Shown here one piece after another: positions 40,429-62,095 of a stretch of DNA of 64,000 nt; the stretch's first letter is position 1, and each line of letters begins with the position of its first letter. This DNA is from Gammaproteobacteria bacterium. Lineage in GTDB: Bacteria > Pseudomonadota > Gammaproteobacteria > JAJDYQ01. The DNA lies in contig OY759969.1 of NCBI GenBank assembly GCA_963662865.1, positions 1,707,638 to 1,771,637 of the forward strand, in the 5' to 3' direction. A program made the translations under genes and the position numbers. The notes under the pieces are model-generated. The model was not told the DNA's origin, did not search any database, and saw nothing but the letters and a program-made list of their open reading frames with translations.

Positions 40429-40524
40429 GTCGGCGCTGGTAAATATCGGATATATGTATGGTGCCTACATTGCGCGACTCATAGGCAGAAAGCAAGCACT
40501 TGTCCGGGTTCAGTACCTGTGAAA

Positions 40525-40551
40525 CAACATCAAGCTAGCCGCTTGATGTTG
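40525..40551 (-). other. conserved 11-bp-stem hairpin in the 3' flank of autotransporter paralog 2
   Basis: Same stem, CAACATCAAGC / GCTTGATGTTG, as at 8355-8381. The surrounding roughly 100 nt are also homologous between the two loci. Confidence 0.4.
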
Positions 40552-40649
40552 CAGGGCGTTAGCCTGAAACATCTTTAACCGGCCCGACCCTCGAATAGAA
40601 ATCCGGATAAAAACCCCGCTGAAAACACAACAGAGCAACTGGTATCACC

Positions 40650-40683
40650 GCAAATAGCCGCCGGGGGATCTGCCCCCGGCGGC
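40650..40683 (-). terminator. probable intrinsic terminator of autotransporter paralog 2
   Basis: Perfect 11-bp GC stem GCCGCCGGGGG / CCCCCGGCGGC (40657-40667 and 40673-40683) starting 11 nt after the stop, followed on the transcript by UAUUUG. This element is absent from paralog 1. Confidence 0.55.
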
Positions 40684-40694
40684 CATGCCAATCG

Positions 40695-51488
<10,794 letters not shown>

Positions 51489-51681
51489 TCCTCTGTTACG
51501 ACAATGTGTAAGCGGCCTTGCGGGCCGCTTTGTTTTCCGTTGACTGCTGTCTATTTTCTGGCCTGGGCGCGGTTTTTCTGTGCGGACCGGGCCGGGGGCC
51601 TGATTCAGGCCCGGCTGCCGAGTCGGTTTTGAACATCGGTGCCGGGCCTGTGTGCCTCGGAATCCAGCTGCAATCCGGTTT

Positions 51682-51710
51682 ACTTTAGTCTATCCGGGAC
51701 GGGATTGCAA
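51682..51710 (-). promoter_or_regulatory. putative sigma70-type promoter of autotransporter paralog 2
   Basis: On the minus strand, TTGCAA (51710-51705), a 17-nt spacer, then TAAAGT (51687-51682). Identical to the element at 13227-13255. It would give a 5' UTR of roughly 190 nt. Confidence 0.45.
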
Positions 51711-51825
51711 GCCCGGTCCTGAAATTTGGTGCTTATGGGGCTGAATCGCGGTCTGTGTGGGCGTTTGCAGGCCGGTTTTTCATGGCTGTGTTGATGTTGT
51801 TCCTGTTGGGCCGGCTATTGTCGGG

Positions 51826-52698
51826 TCAGGCTCCGGTCTGTGCGGATGGGGGTCTGTTTTGCTGTCGAATGTCCAGTACCATCCGGTAAATCTGCTTTCT
51901 GGGGATGTTCATGGCTTTGCTGACCGCTGAGGCCAACTGTGCCGCCGACAGGCTATTGTTCAGTTCTTCCAGCAATTTTTGCACCTGTTGCAGGTCTGCA
52001 TCGGTGTTTTCTTTGCGCGCACCGGCAACCAGCAGTACAAACTCTCCTCGCTGCTCCGGTCGGCCAGTCAAATAATTATTCAGCATTACGGTCACTGTGT
52101 CGCGCTGTATTGTTTCGTATGCCTTGGTCAGCTCTCTGGCGATGACTATTTCACGGTCGCCTCCCAGAATGTCGTTGATGTCGTGCAGGCAGGGGATGAT
52201 ACGCCTTGCCGATTCGTAAAAGGCCAGTGTCTCTGGAATCCCGGCCAAACGCCGCAGTGCTGTTTTTCTGGCGGCGGTTTTGGCGGGCAGGAAGCCGTGA
52301 CAGTAAAATCGGTTGGCCGGCAGGCCGGAGGCGCTCAGGGCGGCCACTATCGCGCTGGCTCCGGGGATGGGGGTGACGGGTATTCCTGCATTCTGTGCGG
52401 CACGTATCAGGTGGTAACCCGGATCGCTGATGAGCGGTGTGCCGGCGTCACTGATGAGGGCTATGTGTAATCCCTGTCGCAGGTGTTCGATTAATGTTGC
52501 CGAGCGGTTACGCTCGTTGTGGTCATGCAGTGCGATCGGTTGGGTGTTTATCGCCAGGGAGGCGAGTAATTTGCGGCTATGTCGTGTATCTTCTGCGGCA
52601 ATCAGGTCGGCTTTTCTGAGTGTTGCTATGGCTCGCCGGGTTATATCGGCCAGATTGCCGATCGGTGTTGCTACGATGTATAAACAACCTGTTTCCAT
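51826..52698 (-). CDS. rsmI: 16S rRNA (cytidine1402-2'-O)-methyltransferase
   Basis: LYIVATPIGNLADIT, AEDTRHS and SDAGTPLISDPG blocks. Divergent from lpoA as in E. coli. Confidence 0.9.
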   Translation of the reverse strand: METGCLYIVATPIGNLADITRRAIATLRKADLIAAEDTRHSRKLLASLAINTQPIALHDHNERNRSATLIEHLRQGLHIALISDAGTPLISDPGYHLIRAAQNAGIPVTPIPGASAIVAALSASGLPANRFYCHGFLPAKTAARKTALRRLAGIPETLAFYESARRIIPCLHDINDILGGDREIVIARELTKAYETIQRDTVTVMLNNYLTGRPEQRGEFVLLVAGARKENTDADLQQVQKLLEELNNSLSAAQLASAVSKAMNIPRKQIYRMVLDIRQQNRPPSAQTGA

Positions 52699-52712
52699 GA
52701 GGTGGATAGTAT

Positions 52713-54723
52713 ATGTTTTCCCGGCTGTCAGGCGGTCATGTTTCCCGGCCCGTTGTGCTTTTTTTTATGTTGTCTATGGGCCTGTTGTCCGGGTGTCAGC
52801 AGGCGGTTCCCACGGCCGTAGTGGTGGACAGGACTGAACCGGCTATCGAGGTTGCCGATGCGGGTGTTGCGGATGTTGCGACTGAAGGGCTGTCTCCGCT
52901 TGCTTCTATAGAGCTATTGCTCGAAGCGGCAAATAATCGACCGGCGAGCGAGGGCTTTGAATTACGGCGGCAAGCCATGGATTTGTCCATTGATTATGAA
53001 GCAGCCGCGACAACTCGAAGACGTATTGCGGTACTTGAACGGCAATATCCTGATAATGCTTATCGGGTGCGGATTGAGATTGTCAGGCAAAAGCTGCTGC
53101 TTGCTCAGGGCAGGTCACGGGATATCCTGGCGAATATCGACAGTATCGATCTGCTGGCGACGGCAGAGGAAAAAGTAAGGCTTGTGGAGCTGAAGGCCGA
53201 TGCGCTGGAGCGGGCCGGCTTTGCTGTTGAAAGTGTGCGGCTGCGTATCGCGCTGGACGGGCTTTATGCCGATAGCGAGCAAACCCGGAAGCAGGAGAAT
53301 GACCGGCTATTGTGGCTCGGTCTTATGCGGCTTGCGTCGGCAACTATCAGCGGCTATATATCCGAGACTGCGGATACTCTCAGTGGCTGGCTGGAACTGG
53401 CTTATCTGAGCCGGCAGCATCGGTACGACTCCGCCCTGCTGTATCAGGCGATTAATGACTGGTCGCTGAGATACGCCATTCATCCCGCTCATCGCTACAT
53501 TATCGGGTATATCAGGCAACGACAGATCGCCATTAGTCACCATCCGCGACATATCGCGCTGCTGTTGCCGCTATCGGGTAAATTACAGGCCGCCGGCCAG
53601 GCCATTCGAGATGGTTTTGTGGCGAGTTATCTGGAGATCAAGCGACGGTTTGGAATGGGCACAGTCATTGATGTCTATGATACCGAAAGTAATCCTGAGC
53701 TTGCCAGGCTATCGCTGCAACAAGCCAGCGATAGTGGTGCCGACTTTATCGTCGGGCCATTGGATAAGGCCGCCGTAGCGGCGGCTGTCGCTGCCGATGA
53801 GGCAGTGCCCGCACCACCGCCGGTCACGCCCAAGCCGTTGTCCGGGAGTCTGCAAGACGCTGCCAATAGCGGCGCCGCGCCAGATCCGGTGCCGTTGCTT
53901 GTCTTGAACACGGTGCCCCGGCGCCTGTCGGAGTTGAACTCAAATCATAAAATCTATCAGTTTACGCTTGCTCCGGAGTCTGAGGCCATGCAGGTGGCAA
54001 ATCGGGCTCATCTTGATGACCGGCGACAGGCGATGATTATCGTGCCCGAAAATGCCTGGGGAAACCGCCTTTACGAAGCTTTTGCCTCGACCTATCGGAA
54101 ACCGGGAGGGGTCATCACGGCGCAGTACCGTTATCAACGTGGGACTTCCGATCATTCCCGGGGAATACAACTGGGTCTCAATCTGGATAAAAGCAAACTC
54201 AGGTATCAGCGAGTTAAGCAACTGCTGAATCAGAATATTAAATTTACGCCGAGTCTGCGACGGGATATTGATGTGATTTTCCTGGCCGCATCACCACAGG
54301 AGGCCAGACAGATAAAATCTCAGTTGAAGTTTTTCTATGCCGATCACATTCCCGTCTATGCGACTTCTCATATTTTTACCACGAAACTCGATGCTGCACG
54401 CGATAAGGATCTGGACGGCATATACTTCACTGATATGCCCTGGACGCTTAATGATAAACCCGCTCCCGGTTCGCTCAGAAAGATTTTGCGGGATAACTGG
54501 CCTGCGGATGTCACTAATCAATTCTCTCGCTTCCATGCTCTGGGCGTCGACGCATTCCGGCTTGTGCCTCAACTTAAGTGGCTGGCTGAACATCCGGATG
54601 AATGGTTCAATGGCGCGACGGGGAGGTTGTCTGTCAGCAGCAATGGTGTGGTCGAACGTGAATCAAGCTGGGCGGTATTTCGCAATGGCATTCCATCCAC
54701 TCAATCGACAATGGAAAATCAGT

Positions 54724-54743
<20 letters not shown>
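52713..54743 (+). CDS. lpoA: penicillin-binding protein activator LpoA
   Basis: Lipobox (LLSGC), an N-terminal TPR-like region and a C-terminal periplasmic-binding-protein-like domain. rsmI/lpoA-yraN-diaA-dolP synteny. Confidence 0.8.
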
Positions 54744-56314
<1,571 letters not shown>

Positions 56315-56377
56315 AGACCTGATCGATGGCATCGATGTGCCGATGAGTCACTTCGCCAATGCGGGTATCCATCATGC

Positions 56378-56821
56378 CTATTTGACGATTTTCAGATCGG
56401 GCCTATTCGGCCTCGGTTGAGGCGGAAGATCATTGTCGGTGGTGCCGACGCTGCTTTGTGCGGTATTGGCCTGCACGGCGCCATCCGGTTTGCCGCCACT
56501 ATGATGGTGCTTAGGGGTAAATACCTGACCTGCGCCGCTTTCCTTTGCGTAAATCGCATAAACCGCCTCGACCGGAATCAGAATATGCCGCTCTCTGCCG
56601 GAAAATCCGGCATCGAATGTAATGTATTCCAGTCCCAGTTCAAGGTTGCGAACCGCCGAAGGGACAAGGTTCAGGATAATTTCTCCATCAACCACGTGCT
56701 CGGACGGTACTTCAACGCTATCAACCCCGGCGTCAACTGCAATATAGGGGGTCATCCCATTATCCAGAATCCAGTCATAAAAGGCCCGGATAAGATACGG
56801 TCGTGTCGTCGTTTGCTTCAT
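56378..56821 (-). CDS. sspB: ClpXP specificity-enhancing factor SspB
   Basis: RPYLIRAFYDWILDNGMTPYI...ILNL...AVRNL is the SspB N-domain, followed by a disordered tail ending LKIVK. Confidence 0.85.
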   Translation of the reverse strand: MKQTTTRPYLIRAFYDWILDNGMTPYIAVDAGVDSVEVPSEHVVDGEIILNLVPSAVRNLELGLEYITFDAGFSGRERHILIPVEAVYAIYAKESGAGQVFTPKHHHSGGKPDGAVQANTAQSSVGTTDNDLPPQPRPNRPDLKIVK

Positions 56822-56915
56822 GTTTGCCGTACAACCCCGTTAAAAATAAGGCGAATGCTAACAAACCGGCCTGCAAATGACCAGATAGGCGTATTGACCC
56901 GTACCCGTGCAGCTT

Positions 56916-57671
56916 CTACTGTGCGCCGGATGGTTTGTTTTTTCTCAACGCTCTCAGCGAAAAAACCGGTCCTGATATTGCGTAGATAATGAAACCGGCC
57001 AGAATCACTTTTGGCGGGTCAAGGGATGCGAACATAAATGCCAAAACTATGGCCAGTATTGCAATAAACGGTACTCTGTGTCCGGCGCCGATGTCCTTGA
57101 AGCTATAGTAGCGAATGTTGCTTACCATCAGGGCACCTGCGGTCAAGGTGATGACAAATGCGGGTAGTATCAGGCCAGCGCCTTGCAGGCCGATGTCGTC
57201 GGCCACCCAGACGATGCCAACAAGCAGCGCCGCTGCTGCCGGGCTGGCCAGTCCTTTGAAAAAGCGTTTGTCTTCGTTATCGCACTGTGCGCTAAACCGT
57301 GCGAGGCGCAGCGCCGCTGTCGCGGTATAAAAAAAGGCGGCTATCCAACCGAGCTTGGCCCATCCCAGTTGAACCATATGAATCAGGGACCATTCGTAAA
57401 TGACCAGGGCCGGTGCCAGACCAAAGCAAACCATATCGGACAGGCTGTCGTACTCGGCACCAAAGTCGCTGGCTGTGTTTGTCATTCGTGCGACGCGGCC
57501 ATCAAGCCCGTCAATCACTATGGCAATAAAAATCGCTATGGCCGCCGCCTGGTAGCGTCCGTGCATGGATGCGACAATACTGTAAAAGCCGGCAAGTAAC
57601 CCCGCCGTGGTCAATAGATTGGGGAGCAGGTATATGCCCTTGCGTTGCTTTTTTTCGTCTTCTGAAGACAT
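56916..57671 (-). CDS. pssA: CDP-diacylglycerol--serine O-phosphatidyltransferase
   Basis: CDP-alcohol phosphatidyltransferase motif (DGLDGRVAR....GAEYDSLSDM) and multiple TM helices. Start set to ATG 57671. Confidence 0.85.
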   Translation of the reverse strand: MSSEDEKKQRKGIYLLPNLLTTAGLLAGFYSIVASMHGRYQAAAIAIFIAIVIDGLDGRVARMTNTASDFGAEYDSLSDMVCFGLAPALVIYEWSLIHMVQLGWAKLGWIAAFFYTATAALRLARFSAQCDNEDKRFFKGLASPAAAALLVGIVWVADDIGLQGAGLILPAFVITLTAGALMVSNIRYYSFKDIGAGHRVPFIAILAIVLAFMFASLDPPKVILAGFIIYAISGPVFSLRALRKNKPSGAQ

Positions 57672-57684
57672 GCTTTCCCGTATC

Positions 57685-58335
57685 TCAGGTTTTACCGACC
57701 GCCTCATCGTGATTGAAGGTTGCAAGCGTGTCAATCCCCGCTGTTACGGCCTGACCCTGTTGCACGTTGAGGTATGATTTTTGGTCTACCAGAATATCTA
57801 TCTGACTGAAAATCGGAAATCGTCCGCATCTTGCGCCCTGACCGATTCGTTCACCCGCCTGAGTGGAGCATTCCGGATTGCCCCAGACGGATTCGCCGAA
57901 TACTATCATGGTAACGTCGTCCAGTTCGTCTGTCTGAATCCACCAGGCGGCCCTGATGGTTTTATTGGCATCCCCCTGGTTTTGTCCGTCCGCCTGCGGC
58001 CAGTATTCCATGAGTTTGCCTTCCGTGGGGCTACGGCTATGATAGACGCGGAACAGGTTGGGGCGAATTCTTATTCGCCGAGCCGCTCTGGCCAGAAATG
58101 GGTCGTGGAAAAAATCAATCATGATAACGGTTCCATCAACCGGGCTCATTACGCCGAGCGGGTGTGACGGCAACTCTCGGTCGGGGTCGTAGTAATATAG
58201 AATCAGCAGCAGTGTGGCCGGAAGCAGCAGCGCCATGGCCCATGCTCCTTTCCATGCCAGCATGATCAGCGCCAGCAGTACGGCCAGCAGTATCCATCGG
58301 ATACCTTTCCGGGCAATAAGACTGAATCGCTGCAC
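57685..58335 (-). CDS. phosphatidylserine decarboxylase-related protein (short membrane-anchored form)
   Basis: Two N-terminal TM helices, then YYDPDRELP...VMSPVDGTVI and VYHSRSPTEGKL, resembling Psd/Asd proenzymes. Lies 13 nt upstream of pssA. I could not locate the self-cleavage motif with certainty. Confidence 0.55.
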   Translation of the reverse strand: MQRFSLIARKGIRWILLAVLLALIMLAWKGAWAMALLLPATLLLILYYYDPDRELPSHPLGVMSPVDGTVIMIDFFHDPFLARAARRIRIRPNLFRVYHSRSPTEGKLMEYWPQADGQNQGDANKTIRAAWWIQTDELDDVTMIVFGESVWGNPECSTQAGERIGQGARCGRFPIFSQIDILVDQKSYLNVQQGQAVTAGIDTLATFNHDEAVGKT

Positions 58336-58489
58336 GTTATTTCACCCGTATGGCCGGCAAGGTGCCGGGACAGAGCTGGCCGTGTATCCGACCAAGGGGA
58401 ATGCAATGCTCATTTACTCTGGAGAAACTGCGCTTTTTCGGCCATTTTTGCCCTGTCTCGCACTCGCCTGCGCGAACTTCAATCGCCTG

Positions 58490-59515
<1,026 letters not shown>

Positions 59516-59594
59516 CTAAAAGGTCTTTCGATAACCGTATGCCCGGCTAAGGGCGAATATTGTTAAGGCAAACTCTGATTGAATCAGGGTCTCC

Positions 59595-60089
59595 TCAGGC
59601 CGTCAGCGCCTTCTCTCCACGGGCAATGCCTGTCACGCCTGACCGTACAACTTCGATAATCTGTTTTCTGTCCAGCGCTTCAATAAATGCGTCCAGTTTC
59701 CGCACGGAACCTGTTATTTCAATGGTGTATGTTCTCTCGGAAACATCAAGTACTCGACCTCGGAATATGTCAACCAGCCGCTTAACGTCGTCGCAGGTGT
59801 CGCGTGTGTCGGCACTCACTTTGATCAGCATCATTTCACGTTCAATGTGACCGCCCTCGGTAAGATCCACCAGTTTGACAACTTCAATCAGTTTGTTCAA
59901 CTGCTTGGTAATCTGTTCAATGATCTCGTCCGTACCGCGGGTTACCAGGGTCATGCGGGACAGGGTTGGGTCGTCGGTCGGTGCCACGGACAGGGATTCA
60001 ATGTTGTACCCTCGCGCTGAAAACAGGCCCGCTACACGCGACAGCGCCCCTGATTCATTTTCCAGCAGTATGGAAATAATGTGTCTCAT
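59595..60089 (-). CDS. ilvH: acetolactate synthase small (regulatory) subunit
   Basis: MRHIISILLENESGALSRV.GLFS.RGYNIESL ACT domain. 164 aa. Confidence 0.9.
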   Translation of the reverse strand: MRHIISILLENESGALSRVAGLFSARGYNIESLSVAPTDDPTLSRMTLVTRGTDEIIEQITKQLNKLIEVVKLVDLTEGGHIEREMMLIKVSADTRDTCDDVKRLVDIFRGRVLDVSERTYTIEITGSVRKLDAFIEALDRKQIIEVVRSGVTGIARGEKALTA

Positions 60090-60122
60090 CTGTTTATCGC
60101 CCCGGAGGTATCCACGCCCGCC

Positions 60123-61820
60123 CTAAACCAGAATCATTTCGTTCTGACCGCCACCGGCCGGGATCATGGGATAGACGTTTTCTTCAGGGTCCGTAATAAA
60201 GTCCATGAAAACCAGTCTGTCTTTGTGCTGCATGGCTTCCTGCATTGCAGGTATAACGTCGGCCTTGTTGTCGATGCGCATGCCGATGTGGCCATATGAT
60301 TCGGACAGTTTTACAAAATCAGGCAGGGATTCCATGTAGGACATGGCATAACGTCCCTGGTAAAAAAATTCCTGCCACTGACGCACCATGCCGAGATAAC
60401 CGTTGTTCAGGGAAACGATCTTGACCGGCAGGCTATATTGCAGGCAGGTGGACAGCTCTTGTATGCACATCTGTATGCTGCCCTCACCGGTAATGCACGC
60501 CACGGTCTGTTGCGGATGTGCGAATTGCGCCCCCATCGCCGCCGGCAGACCAAATCCCATTGTGCCCAGACCACCGGAGTTGATCCACTGGTAGGGCCGG
60601 TCAAATTTGTAGTACTGGGCCGCCCACATCTGGTGCTGCCCTACATCAGAGGTAATTATGGCGTCTCCTTCGGTGACTTTGTAGAGTTCTTCGACTACGT
60701 ACTGCGGCTTGATGACCTGCGTTGTTTCCCGGTCATATTTGAGGCAGTCCATGGCCCGCCATTCATCAATCTGCTTCCACCAGGCTTTGAGCGCAGTGGC
60801 CTTTGGTTTGCGCTTGATCTCTTTCAATGCCGTAATCATCTGCTTAAGTACGTCGCTGATGTCGCCAACAATCGGTATGTCAACCTTGACATTTTTGGAG
60901 ATTGAGGACGGGTCGATATCGATGTGGATAATCCGTGCATCCGGACAGAATTTTTCAATATTGCCGGTCACACGATCATCAAACCGTGCGCCAACCGCGA
61001 GCAGTACGTCGCTTTTATGCATTCCCATATTCGCTTCGTAGGTGCCGTGCATGCCGAGCATGCCGACAAATTGCCTGTCGGTCGCCGGATAACCGCCCAG
61101 TCCCATCAGGGTATTGGTCACCGGATAACCCAGTAAACCGGCCAGCTCTGCGAGCGGTTTCGCGGCGTTTGACCAGATGACGCCTCCCCCTGTGTAGATC
61201 ATGGGGCGCTCGGCGGATAGCAGTAGTTTGACGGCCCGTTTTATCTGTCCCGGATGGCCCTGGGTGACGGGTTTGTAAGAGCGGATGTCAATCTTCTCCG
61301 GGTATTTGAATTCGGCCTTCTGCGCGGTAATGTCCTTGGGGATGTCCACCACTACCGGACCCGGACGCCCGGATGAAGCCAGATAGAAGGCTTTCTTGAT
61401 GGTCTGCGCAAGTTCATCAACGGTTTTGACCAGAAAGTTATGCTTGACGCACGGGCGGGTAATGCCCACGGAGTCCACTTCCTGAAAGGCATCATTGCCA
61501 ATAAGCGGGGTGGGCACCTGCCCGGTAATGACCACCATGGGCACTGAGTCCATGTGCGCCGTTGCAATGCCGGTCACGGCGTTCGTGGCACCGGGACCTG
61601 ATGTGACGAGCACGCATCCCGGTTTGCCGGTGGCGCGCGCATAACCGTCCGCGGCGTGTGTGGCACCCTGTTCGTGACGTACCAGGATGTGCTTGATGTC
61701 TTCCTGTTGATACAGGCAGTCGTAGATATGCAGGACTGCGCCGCCCGGATATCCGAACAGGTATTCAACCCCTTCTTTCTTCAGGCTGCGAATCAGTATT
61801 TCTGCACCAGTCAGTACCAC
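60123..61820 (-). CDS. ilvI: acetolactate synthase large subunit
   Basis: ThDP-enzyme blocks (GYPGGAVL, GGLGTMGFGLPAAMG, and GDG-like GEGSIQM..N). GTG start preceded by GGAG-N7. Confidence 0.9.
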   Translation of the reverse strand: MVLTGAEILIRSLKKEGVEYLFGYPGGAVLHIYDCLYQQEDIKHILVRHEQGATHAADGYARATGKPGCVLVTSGPGATNAVTGIATAHMDSVPMVVITGQVPTPLIGNDAFQEVDSVGITRPCVKHNFLVKTVDELAQTIKKAFYLASSGRPGPVVVDIPKDITAQKAEFKYPEKIDIRSYKPVTQGHPGQIKRAVKLLLSAERPMIYTGGGVIWSNAAKPLAELAGLLGYPVTNTLMGLGGYPATDRQFVGMLGMHGTYEANMGMHKSDVLLAVGARFDDRVTGNIEKFCPDARIIHIDIDPSSISKNVKVDIPIVGDISDVLKQMITALKEIKRKPKATALKAWWKQIDEWRAMDCLKYDRETTQVIKPQYVVEELYKVTEGDAIITSDVGQHQMWAAQYYKFDRPYQWINSGGLGTMGFGLPAAMGAQFAHPQQTVACITGEGSIQMCIQELSTCLQYSLPVKIVSLNNGYLGMVRQWQEFFYQGRYAMSYMESLPDFVKLSESYGHIGMRIDNKADVIPAMQEAMQHKDRLVFMDFITDPEENVYPMIPAGGGQNEMILV

Positions 61821-61871
61821 CAGTATTCTCCGCGTGACGCCCTCTCTCAGGACGGACAGGTTAAAACGTTC

Positions 61872-61898
61872 CCAACAAAAAAGCCCGCGACGCGGACT
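61872..61898 (-). terminator. intrinsic terminator between the ankyrin-repeat gene and ilvI
   Basis: The minus-strand RNA folds as AGUCCGC-GUC-GCGGGCU (7-bp stem with one G-U) followed by UUUUUUGUU. Confidence 0.5.
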
Positions 61899-62095
61899 TT
61901 TCAGCTACTTTTACCAGAATCTGCTGAAATTACTTATATTGTAATATAAGGTCAAGCCTAAAGTTTGTGGAAGTTATGAGCAAGCGGTGTATGAGAGACG
62001 ATTGTTCAGATGGATGTGCAGGGTAAAGGTCTGTATTCGACGGATGCGCCCACTATCGTGCCGGGTCCGACCCGATTTTTTGACGAGATTGTGGC

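Noticed and set aside
54337-54723. 129-codon N-terminal extension of yraN in the ORF track.
   Set aside because: It lies entirely within lpoA in another frame. YraN-family proteins are about 120 aa, and the family signature begins right after ATG 54724.
61899-62095. Leader-peptide attenuator for the ilvIH operon.
   Set aside because: The hairpin plus U-tract at 61872-61898 is present. However, I find no ATG at all on the minus strand between the ankyrin gene stop and the hairpin, so there is no Val/Leu/Ile-rich leader ORF. It is more simply the terminator of the upstream gene.
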